From an uncultured Erysipelotrichaceae bacterium (lineage in GTDB: Bacteria; Bacillota_I; Bacilli_A; Erysipelotrichales; Erysipelotrichaceae), in the NCBI GenBank assembly GCA_942493105.1, contig OW818668.1, forward strand, positions 1,770,001-1,802,000: 32,000 nt of DNA, given 5' to 3'. Position numbers and translations under genes: made by a program. The notes beneath the pieces were generated by a model. It had not been told where the DNA came from and ran no database searches. It saw only the letters and a list, made by a program, of their open reading frames with translations. Positions 1 through 7,857 of this stretch are shown piece after piece (position 1 is the first letter of the stretch; every line of letters starts with the position of its first letter).

Positions 1-165
1 ATCGCGATATGAACAAGCTTGCACCGTACATCCTGGTGTGTCATCTTTGGGATAGAAATACAAGACCACATATTGGCCTCTGTAATCAGAGAGCGTTCTT
101 TTCTCGCCATTAGAATTGGTGAGGGTAAAATCTGGGGCAATGTCGTTGATGTTAAGTTTTGGCAT
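1..165 (-). CDS. bcp: Peroxiredoxin (BCP/PrxQ-type thiol peroxidase). Only the 5' part is present and the gene continues past the window start.
   Basis: Not in the ORF track because there is no stop in the window. The reverse-strand ATG at 165-163 is preceded by GGAGA at 171-175. It translates MPKLNINDIAPDFTLTNSNGEKRTLSDYRGQYVVLYFYPKDDTPGCTVQACSYRD, which contains the peroxidatic Cys motif PKDDTPGCT. Confidence 0.85.
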   Translation of the reverse strand, partial: MPKLNINDIAPDFTLTNSNGEKRTLSDYRGQYVVLYFYPKDDTPGCTVQACSYRD

Positions 166-206
166 ACGTTTCTCCTATTTACATTAAAACACATCAGCAA
201 GATGCA

Positions 207-1894
207 TCAAGGCTTTTGACCAATAAGCTGTATGATCCTTGCTTCATAAGGTCTAAACACCATCTTTTCAACCATTGGACCATAGGTTGGATAGTTACAC
301 AACTGAGTGCGCATTTCTTTATAATTATCGGCTTTGAAAGTTGCATGTTTATGATCCAGATTGATTAATACCAATAGTTTTTCTTGGTCATCTTCACGAA
401 TATAAGCAAGGATTTGATGATGATCCACCATGGTCGCTTCAAAACTTCCTTTACGCAGTGCAGAATGAGATTGATGATAAGCAATCATTTCTTTGGTAAA
501 ATTTAAAATGGAATCTTTATCTTGCTGATCATGCTTTACGTTGATTTCAACATGATTTGGATTGATGACAAACCAAGGTTTATGCTTTGAAAAACCAGCA
601 TATTCACCATCATCCCACTGCATAATGGTCCGCGCATTATCACGCGTCATTTTTTGAACGATTTTCTTAGCGATAAAAGCGGGAAGATGCATCATCGATT
701 GAAGCATTTTATAATCACTGATGGCTTCGAAATCTTTCCAGTCGCTTTCTTCGATCTTCATATTGGTCATCCCGATTTCTTCACCTTGGTAAATAAACGG
801 GGTTCCATAAGCACTTATGGTGCTCATGATCAAGGCTTTTGCGCTGGGGATCCGATATTGTTTCTCATCTCCAAATCGCGATACAGCACGACCATTATCG
901 TGATTAGACAAGAAATTACCCATCCAGAAACGATGCTTAACAGAGGCTTCTTGCCATTTATAGAATATCTTTTTGAAATCACCGACATTCCAACGATATA
1001 ACTTTCTAAAATCATATTTTCCTAAAGGACCACACCCGATCAATACCAAATCAAAATGAAACATCATGTTGAGTTCTTTCTGTTCGAAACCGCAATATTG
1101 GGCACAACTTTCAGGATTCACCAACATTCCTTCGCCTAAATAAAGCCCAGGATATTGACTTAAGACCTCATCATACATTTCATGCAGAAAATCATGCGAC
1201 TTAGGTAAGGATACGATCAAATCATCCGCAAATTGATATCCTTTTTTATGCGGATCTTTATCTGGTAAACCTTCAGCTTTGGCGATGATGTTGATGACAT
1301 CCATTCTAAAACCTGCAATACCTTTGTTCATCCAAAATTTCATGATCTTATAGATTTCTTGACGGACTTCAGGATTTTCCCAATTGAGATCGACTTGATT
1401 GGGGGTAAATAAAGTCAAGACATATTCATTGGGTTGATTGGAGGATGTCCATGCAGATCCACCAAATAAACCGATCCAGTTGTTGGGTTCTTTATTGTTT
1501 TTACCTGGTCTGAAAATATAGTAATCGCGGTATTTGGATTGAGGATCTTTGAGTGCTTTGCTTTAAACCAAGGATGTTGATTAGACGTATGATTGGCTAC
1601 CAGATCCATCAAGATACCGATCCCTCTTTGCTTTGCTTCTTGAATCAACTGATCCATATCTGCCATCGTCCCAAATTCAGGCTGTATGTTATAATAATCT
1701 GAGACATCGTAACCATAGTCTACATTGGGTGACACGTATACGGGACACAACCAAATCGTTGTGATGCCCAAGTCTTTCAGATAATCCAGCTTGGAAATGA
1801 TCCCTTGAAGATCACCGATCCCATCATCATTGGAATCCTTAAAAGATCTTGGCCAAATCTGATACACTACCCCATTCATTTCAGTTTTATACAT
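207..1894 (-). pseudogene. GH13 oligo-1,6-glucosidase/alpha-glucosidase interrupted by one frameshift (or a sequencing error)
   Basis: Two adjacent ORFs (1415-1939 and 207-1418) together make one GH13 enzyme. The N-terminal part reads [21 protein letters not shown]...[14 protein letters not shown]. After a shift near 1557-1560 the other frame reads [37 protein letters not shown]...LNWENPEVRQ...GFRMDVI. The likely true start is ATG 1894 ([14 protein letters not shown]), preceded by AAGAGGA. Confidence 0.85.
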
Positions 1895-1930
1895 ATGGTG
1901 TCCTCTTATCCCTATTTTACCATCCAAACC

Positions 1931-2554
1931 ATGAATCAAAACACACTCTTAACGCAATTTCCAAAGCTCCACATGGTGGTCGCAGTCAGTAAGAACCGTC
2001 CTCTATCTGCCATAGAAAGCAAGATTCAAGATGGCTTTTCCCATTTCGGTGAAAACAAAGCCCAAGAACTGATGGATAAAGCCAAAGCAATGTACCCTGT
2101 GACTTGGCATTTTATCGGCAGGATTCAAACCAATAAACTCAAGGTTATTGTTGAATATGCTTCTTGGATTCATTCTGTCGATCAAGTCAAGCAGATTGAA
2201 TTCATTGAGAAATATGCAGCATTCTATGATAAAAACATCAACATTCTGATTCAGCTCAACTTGACTCATGAAGATCAAAAAGGTGGAATAAAACCAGAAG
2301 ATTTGGAAAAGTTGATTGAAACCTGTCACAAATGTCCTCATGTTTTACTTAAAGGCTTGATGGTGATGGGACCTAGCAATGGTGATTTAAGTGTCACAGA
2401 AGACTGTTTCAAAGAGGCTCAAGAAATATTTAACAAGACCCAAAAAAATCATCCTGAGATGACCGAATTGTCTATGGGAATGAGCCATGATTATACATTG
2501 GCTTATCACTATGGTTCTACATGTTTTAGACTTGGAACGATTCTTTTTACTTAG
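1931..2554 (+). CDS. yggS: YggS/YlmE-family pyridoxal-phosphate homeostasis protein
   Basis: Motifs VAVSK (PLP lysine), [28 protein letters not shown] and FRLGTILF. The start is taken at ATG 1931 (MNQNTLL). The longer ORF from 1805 is antisense to the GH13 gene. The N-terminus is short for the family and no clear SD is present. Confidence 0.85.
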   Translation: MNQNTLLTQFPKLHMVVAVSKNRPLSAIESKIQDGFSHFGENKAQELMDKAKAMYPVTWHFIGRIQTNKLKVIVEYASWIHSVDQVKQIEFIEKYAAFYDKNINILIQLNLTHEDQKGGIKPEDLEKLIETCHKCPHVLLKGLMVMGPSNGDLSVTEDCFKEAQEIFNKTQKNHPEMTELSMGMSHDYTLAYHYGSTCFRLGTILFT

Positions 2555-2574
2555 ATTTCTTTGATTTTATCTTG

Positions 2575-3015
2575 TCAGTGAGTAAAACGATAGCTCAACT
2601 GGAACCCTTCATAAAGGATCCAACTCGGAACTATGCAACTTAGGGCATAACTTATCAAGATCAACACATCTCGTTGAACGATATTTCTTATAAAATAAGT
2701 ATAAGGAATATTTCCATTGATAAATACAAGCCAGCCAATCTCTGAAAAGAAACCTACTGTAAAAAATGCCAATAATAAGATTGCATATAACGTTAAAGGA
2801 AGCACCAGCTTCTTTTTTGCAATGGCTAAAGAACCCCAAAACAATCCAATGATCAGAAAAATAAATGAAGTAAATCCTAATGAAAACAATGCTTTGAGCC
2901 AGTCTTCTTGAATGAATTCAATTTTAAAAACCACCACGGTATTTAGATAGGTAAAAAATACCGACAGGATCAAATGAATATAAATGAGGATGATAAAGCG
3001 TTTAAACTGAAGCAT
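2575..3015 (-). CDS. Hypothetical small polytopic membrane protein (about 4 TM segments)
   Basis: 146-aa ORF of hydrophobic helices. It overlaps the upstream aminotransferase stop by 14 nt, which suggests operon membership. I recognise no family motif. Confidence 0.55.
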   Translation of the reverse strand: MLQFKRFIILIYIHLILSVFFTYLNTVVVFKIEFIQEDWLKALFSLGFTSFIFLIIGLFWGSLAIAKKKLVLPLTLYAILLLAFFTVGFFSEIGWLVFINGNIPYTYFIRNIVQRDVLILISYALSCIVPSWILYEGFQLSYRFTH

Positions 3016-4156
3016 GGGTTCTTAGATCCGTAATCATTTTCTTAAGACGAGCCAATCCTTCAATGATTTCAGCATCACTTACCGCATATGAAATTCTGAC
3101 ATTATGATCAGCACCAAAATAGATCCCAGGAACCATCGCAACTTTATATTCGCGCATCGCCTTTAAGCAGAATGTTTCAGAGTCCATTTTAAATTCAGAG
3201 ATGTTAGGAAACAAATAAAAGGCCCCTTCTGGTTTAACACAAGGCAAACCCATCTCCAATAGTAAGCTATAACCTAAATCACGTCGGGCATGATAACTGT
3301 CGCGCATCCAAGTTGAATCGATTTTTAATGCTTCAATCGCCGCCACTTGATTAAAAGTAGCCACACCTGCCACAAGATAAGCATGCATCAAGGCAATGGC
3401 TCTGGCAATGGGTAAATCTGCCAACACATAGCCAACACGCCAACCTGTCATCGCATAGGGTTTCGACAGGCTTTGAGTAACGATCAATCGATCGCGAATA
3501 CTTTCGTCATGGCATAACATTTCATACTTTTCAGTAAAGACCAATTGCGAATAGACATCATCGCTGATGATGAACAAATCATACTTCTTGGCCATATCAG
3601 AAACAGCTTTTAGGCTTTCATGATTCAAAACAGTTCCGGTAGGATTATTTGGTGAAGTGATGAGAATGAGCTTTGTTTTGTGGGTGATCAAGTTTTCTAA
3701 CGCAATCGAATTGATTTGAAAATCATAATTGATCGTATTTAGGGCAACGACTTTAGCTTTACAAAAATTCACGATAGGTGAATATGTCACATACATTGGA
3801 GAAGGAATGATAACTTCATCTCCTTCACTTAAAACACTCATGAGGGCAGCTGCTAATCCTTCTGTGGCCCCATTGGTGATGACGACTTCTTCCCAAATGT
3901 AATCAAGATGATGCTGAGTATGTTCAAAATTCGCAACGGCCCTTCTTAAACTCTCTAGACCAGAATTGTTAGGGTAATGCGTTTGGTTCTCGTGAAGTGC
4001 TTTGATGGCTGCTTCTTTGATGCGTTCATCTGTATTGAATTCAGGTTCACCAATGGTAAAATTGATGACTCCTTGAATGGTCTTGGCTTCTTCAGAAAAC
4101 TTACGAATTCCGCTTTGTTTAAACTGTCTGACTTGAGGGTTGATTCGATTGAGCAT
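3002..4156 (-). CDS. Class I/II PLP-dependent aminotransferase (AspC / N-acetyl-LL-diaminopimelate aminotransferase-like)
   Basis: 384 aa with GEPEF, PNNPTG and the PLP-lysine motif SLSKPYAMTGWRVGY. It begins 1 nt after the MFS stop. Confidence 0.85.
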   Translation of the reverse strand: MLNRINPQVRQFKQSGIRKFSEEAKTIQGVINFTIGEPEFNTDERIKEAAIKALHENQTHYPNNSGLESLRRAVANFEHTQHHLDYIWEEVVITNGATEGLAAALMSVLSEGDEVIIPSPMYVTYSPIVNFCKAKVVALNTINYDFQINSIALENLITHKTKLILITSPNNPTGTVLNHESLKAVSDMAKKYDLFIISDDVYSQLVFTEKYEMLCHDESIRDRLIVTQSLSKPYAMTGWRVGYVLADLPIARAIALMHAYLVAGVATFNQVAAIEALKIDSTWMRDSYHARRDLGYSLLLEMGLPCVKPEGAFYLFPNISEFKMDSETFCLKAMREYKVAMVPGIYFGADHNVRISYAVSDAEIIEGLARLKKMITDLRTHASV

Positions 4157-4157
4157 A

Positions 4158-5363
4158 CTATTCCCCTATCTTTTTATCCATTATGTCAAAAAAGCGTTGG
4201 CCTGTCAAAGCACTGCTTTTTTGCCAAAACAAAAAACCTAGGACGAAAATCCCCATCAAGATCGCGCTAAGAAAGAAAGCGAGTTCCATTCCATAAAAAT
4301 CACCGATTGCCCCAAATACAGGAAACAGAATCACCATGATGACACTGTAGGCCATGGAATTGACAGAGAGAATGGTTGCCCTGACTTCTGAACCAATCTG
4401 ACGATTGATATGATGTGTGATGGTAACGTACATGATGGATTCCATCCCACCCATAAAAAAGAAAGCAACAAAACCCCAAGGCAAAATCGGCATAAGAAAG
4501 AATGTCACCGCCATCACCAATGAAACATAAAGAATCAGTTTCAAATCAAAACGCTTGATCAAACGACTCACGAATAAAGCAGCGATGATCGATCCAATGG
4601 TATTGATCATATACCAAAATGAAATGAGCGTCAAAGAATATCCTTGACCTCTTAAATAGGTTCCTAAATAAAGAAAAAAAGTTGCGGCAACTGCCGAAAA
4701 CAAAGCACCATAAAACATAATACCTGTCAGTATGGGCTGATTCTTAAGGGTAGATATTGCGATCTTAGACAGAGAGACGAGTGTGTGTTTTTCACGTTTC
4801 TCATATGCTGAAGGTTCTTTAAAAAATAGAGCAATTAAAAGACCCAAAACAAATGTTCCAATTGCTGCACTTATGGCCAATGAATAACTGACATCCGCTA
4901 AGATTCCACCAATCATGATACCTACAGTAGAAGCAGTTTGAAAAACAACTTCTCGATAGCCTTGGACTTTTGCAAAGTGGGCTTGATGACCTGTTTCAAC
5001 CATACTGTCATATACAAAGGCACTGTCTGCTCCTGAATCAAGATTATAAGACAAAGCCGCAAAAATAAAGCTAAACATGGCTAATCCAATATTATCCACA
5101 TATAACAATAAGCTTAAATAGATAATGCGACTCAAGACCCCCAAGATACGACTCAGTTTACGTCCAAAACGATCGGCAATGATTCCAGTAGGCACTTCAA
5201 AAAGTAAAGATGCAATATGAAAAACACTTTCACATAGTCCAATTTCAACCAAAGTCAATCCTTTATATGCCAAATAACTGACCCATAAAGCTTGGGTAAA
5301 ATTAAGGTTTGAGATGAACTCAAACCCATAATTCAATGTGATATTGTTTTTTACTGAACTCAT
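4158..5363 (-). CDS. MFS transporter
   Basis: 401 aa with about 12 hydrophobic segments and the MFS loop motif GIIADRFGRK. It has a 4-nt ATGA overlap with the upstream gene. Confidence 0.85.
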   Translation of the reverse strand: MSSVKNNITLNYGFEFISNLNFTQALWVSYLAYKGLTLVEIGLCESVFHIASLLFEVPTGIIADRFGRKLSRILGVLSRIIYLSLLLYVDNIGLAMFSFIFAALSYNLDSGADSAFVYDSMVETGHQAHFAKVQGYREVVFQTASTVGIMIGGILADVSYSLAISAAIGTFVLGLLIALFFKEPSAYEKREKHTLVSLSKIAISTLKNQPILTGIMFYGALFSAVAATFFLYLGTYLRGQGYSLTLISFWYMINTIGSIIAALFVSRLIKRFDLKLILYVSLVMAVTFFLMPILPWGFVAFFFMGGMESIMYVTITHHINRQIGSEVRATILSVNSMAYSVIMVILFPVFGAIGDFYGMELAFFLSAILMGIFVLGFLFWQKSSALTGQRFFDIMDKKIGE

Positions 5364-6040
5364 TTTAAATTGATCCAGCGATAATGACCAGTGATCTTAG
5401 CATTGTAATAGGCATACATCAAGATGTCTTCTTCACGATCTCTTTGGCCTGTGTTGTGAATAAGGTAAGGAATTCCCATAAAGTTCTTTTGATCAGAAAC
5501 GATCCCAATATGATGATAATCGGGATAGAAGATGACGATATCACCAGGTAACCATTGATCGATCTCATAGATGTTGTTGGTGAGTTTAACCAAATGCCGA
5601 TCAAAATAAACTTTTAAGTTTCGGGTACGTCTAAAATCAATATTTGGATCCGGTTTTTTAACCCCAGGATAGACATCTGTATGTGCCACAATATCTGCAT
5701 CTATTAAATCTTTAAGGTTATATCCAGCTGCTTTTAATGCTCGCCATACAACATCTGAGCAGACTCCAACATCATCTGGGGGATATCCACCCCTATAATA
5801 AGCATCATTATAAGTAACCATATTGAGCGCATCTTGTCTTGCTCCAAGCATAATGTCAGTGAAATCATCGATCCCATCATTATCTTTATCCGGTAAGTTT
5901 GTTGTATCTAAAACATAATCAGCATCAAGACTGGTTTCTTTTATGGATTGATTTGGACCCTTATCGTTATATAACCCCACCATCAAAGACAGAGAAATAA
6001 CAGTTAGGTTTAGTTTTACAAATGTACTGTATTTTTTCAT
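5360..6040 (-). CDS. DUF1287-family secreted or membrane-anchored protein, a probable papain-like (NlpC/P60-like) hydrolase
   Basis: 226 aa with an N-terminal signal/anchor MKKYSTFVKLNLTVISLSLMVG. It carries YPPDDVGVCSDVVWRALKAAGYNL and PDYHHIGIVSD, a Cys...His arrangement typical of this family. Confidence 0.7.
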   Translation of the reverse strand: MKKYSTFVKLNLTVISLSLMVGLYNDKGPNQSIKETSLDADYVLDTTNLPDKDNDGIDDFTDIMLGARQDALNMVTYNDAYYRGGYPPDDVGVCSDVVWRALKAAGYNLKDLIDADIVAHTDVYPGVKKPDPNIDFRRTRNLKVYFDRHLVKLTNNIYEIDQWLPGDIVIFYPDYHHIGIVSDQKNFMGIPYLIHNTGQRDREEDILMYAYYNAKITGHYRWINLK

Positions 6041-6046
6041 GAGTTT

Positions 6047-6055
6047 ATTATATCA
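6047..6055 (-). promoter_or_regulatory. Extended -10 promoter (TGaTATAAT) for the DUF1287-MFS-aminotransferase operon, possibly giving a leaderless mRNA
   Basis: The reverse strand reads TGATATAAT AAACTC ATG. Only 6 nt lie between the -10 box and the start codon, and no SD is present. Confidence 0.45.
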
Positions 6056-6092
6056 CAGCGTATTTACTGTCACTTTATTATGGGATTAAATC

Positions 6093-6101
6093 TGTTATAA
6101 T
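6093..6101 (+). promoter_or_regulatory. Extended -10 promoter (TGtTATAAT) for rubredoxin
   Basis: TGTTATAAT lies 24 nt upstream of ATG 6125. The RBS AAAGGAAA follows it. Confidence 0.45.
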
Positions 6102-6124
6102 ATCTTTACAAGAAAGGAAATCTC

Positions 6125-6286
6125 ATGAAAAAATACGCTTGCAACGCTTGTGACTATATTTATGATCCTGCAGTGGGAGATCCGGATTCCGGGATTGCCC
6201 CAGGAACTGCTTTCGAAGATCTGCCTGAAGATTGGTACTGCCCTTTGTGCGGTGTCGATAAGAGCAACTTCACTCCACTCGACTAA
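6125..6286 (+). CDS. rub: Rubredoxin (53 aa)
   Basis: Hand-translated and below the ORF-track size cut-off. Sequence: [53 protein letters not shown]. It has the canonical CxxC...CPxC iron ligands, and the RBS AAAGGAAA lies upstream. Confidence 0.92.
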   Translation: MKKYACNACDYIYDPAVGDPDSGIAPGTAFEDLPEDWYCPLCGVDKSNFTPLD

Positions 6287-6354
6287 ACATTAAAACAGCG
6301 TCCATGAAATAAACTATCCCCTTTGTAAAGGACACGGAAAGAAAAACAGATGAA

Positions 6355-6380
6355 GATCGACAGAAATGTCGGTCTTTTTT
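6355..6380 (+). terminator. Hairpin plus T-run: GATCGACA-GAAA-TGTCGGTC-TTTTTT
   Basis: 8-bp stem (one G.U pair), 4-nt loop and six Ts. It lies downstream of rubredoxin, but also within or at the presumed left end of the IS, and it overlaps the orfB stop codon. It may now act as the rubredoxin terminator. Confidence 0.45.
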
Positions 6381-7377
6381 ATGTAATCAACTGAAATTGA
6401 TGAATCACTGCTGGTAATAATCGTTTCTGATGAGTTGGATTGGTTATATAATCGTCATATTCGTGAGGGGTCATTCGATTAAGATCCCATTGAGGCCGAT
6501 CATAATTATAGTAGTTGATGTATGAAATAAGGTACTCAGCCAATCGTTCATAAGAATTGATTTTAGATAATTCGAGTTCGGTTTTAAGCACGGCGTAGAA
6601 GGATTCTTGTGGGGCATTATCCCAACAGTTTCCTCGCCTAGACATCGATTGAGTAATGTCATGCTTAGAGAGAAGATCCTGATAGGCGATACTGGTGTAA
6701 TGACTTCCTTGATCAGAGTGAAGGATGACTCCCATATGAAGTTCCCCACAGTAATTCTCCAGAAGCTGATTCACTGTATTGATCACGAAATCCAACTCAA
6801 GGGTCGATGAGAGCTGCCAGGCTAAGATCTTCTTAGTCATGGCGTCTTTGATGGTGGATACGTAAGCTCGCTTCCCATTGCCGTAGGTGATATAAGTGAT
6901 GTCGGTCAATAAGGTCTTCTTGGCACTGCCTTGCGAGAAGTTTCGATCTAAGATGTTACTGAAGACTTTGTTGCTGTGCTGGGCTCTAAGTATCGCTTTG
7001 ACTGGGTTTGCTTTTCGAATTGGACAGATTAGTTCGTACTTACTCATCAGCCGATGGATCCTTTTGAGGTTCATAATGACCTGATAATCCCTCTCAAGCC
7101 TCATTTTGATCTGTTTGGCCCCTTTTTTGAACCCTTCATAATCATAAGCTGCTTTGATTGCGATAAAGTCGAGTTGATCCTTCATTTCTCTTTCACCCAT
7201 CGTTAGTCTTCGTTTCTTATAAGCGTAGTACCCAGATCGAGATACGCTCGCTTGGGTACACATATATTTTATGTCCAGTCGATTCTTTCTTCGACCTTCC
7301 ATTTCCCATATGATATTGAATCGCTTTTCTGCGCTGAGTTTTTTTACTCCCCCCTTTCCAGCGCTTTCAGCTTTTTT
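6379..7377 (-). CDS. IS3-family transposase OrfB (rve/DDE integrase domain), expressed as an OrfAB fusion by a -1 frameshift
   Basis: The DDE triad sits in LLTDITYI, HSDQGSHYTS and CWDNAPQESFYAVLK. The frame is open from 7383, upstream of the first Met at 7302. Confidence 0.9.
   Translation of the reverse strand, partial: KKAESAGKGGVKKLSAEKRFNIIWEMEGRRKNRLDIKYMCTQASVSRSGYYAYKKRRLTMGEREMKDQLDFIAIKAAYDYEGFKKGAKQIKMRLERDYQVIMNLKRIHRLMSKYELICPIRKANPVKAILRAQHSNKVFSNILDRNFSQGSAKKTLLTDITYITYGNGKRAYVSTIKDAMTKKILAWQLSSTLELDFVINTVNQLLENYCGELHMGVILHSDQGSHYTSIAYQDLLSKHDITQSMSRRGNCWDNAPQESFYAVLKTELELSKINSYERLAEYLISYINYYNYDRPQWDLNRMTPHEYDDYITNPTHQKRLLPAVIHQFQLIT
7331..7377 (-). promoter_or_regulatory. Programmed -1 ribosomal frameshift signal: slippery heptamer A AAA AAG (7377-7371) plus a downstream stem-loop
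   Basis: The orfA frame reads tt[A AAA AAG] ctgaaa GCGCTG...CAGCGC. The 6-bp stem (7364-7359 paired with 7336-7331) starts 6 nt after the heptamer, and the -1 frame is open across the site. Confidence 0.75.
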
Positions 7378-7742
7378 AAGAATTCATTCTCCTGTTCAAG
7401 GTACTCATTTCTGTCTTTTAGATATCGGTTCTCTTCCTCAGGGCTGTTAAATATTAGTTTCTTAGGTCGTCCTGGTGATTTGAGTCGCTTAAATCCTTCG
7501 GGTCGCTTTGCTTGTTTCCTTGCCCTCGCAAATATTGAGTTGAGTCGGTTTTTCCCAAAGAATTCTGAATCTATTCCTAAATCACTTAAGATTCGCTTTT
7601 GCGTTTTTCCTAGTCGACTTTCCCTTTCGATAATTGTTTTGAACTCTGATGTAAACTGAACCGAACTTTCAGATACTTTTACGACATATTTGTTTCTTCT
7701 TAACCTCTCAATTGTCTCCGCACTGAATTTAACTTTTCCCAT
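7344..7742 (-). CDS. IS3-family transposase OrfA (helix-turn-helix / leucine-zipper part)
   Basis: 132 aa with a basic, coiled-coil-like C-terminus (YLEQENEFLKKLKALE). The RBS AAGAAAGAGG lies before ATG 7742. Confidence 0.9.
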   Translation of the reverse strand: MGKVKFSAETIERLRRNKYVVKVSESSVQFTSEFKTIIERESRLGKTQKRILSDLGIDSEFFGKNRLNSIFARARKQAKRPEGFKRLKSPGRPKKLIFNSPEEENRYLKDRNEYLEQENEFLKKLKALERGE

Positions 7743-7857
7743 GTTTGACCTCTTTCTTAAGTATAAGAAAACCCCACAGAACTGTCACGAGGTTTTTTAT
7801 TTCTGTCTATTCTATGGGGTACAGTTTAAAACGCTGTTTTTTTATGCTTGTTTGATT

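Larger units (their letters stand above)
6324..7823 (-). mobile_element. IS3-family insertion sequence (IS150-like organisation: orfA/orfB with a -1 frameshift). The boundaries are approximate.
   Basis: An HTH OrfA and a DDE OrfB sit in the -1 frame. The right end reads TGTACCCC (reverse complement of 7816-7823), like IS150-group termini. A TGTA at 6324 is the only matching left terminus, but the terminal inverted repeats are poor and no clean target duplication is seen (CTT versus GTT). Confidence 0.8.

Noticed and set aside
6471-7659. Several ORFs inside the IS (6471-6749 -, 6607-6810 +, 6896-7084 +, 7252-7659 +)
   Set aside because: All overlap the well-supported transposase frames and have no motifs. 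They are shadow ORFs.
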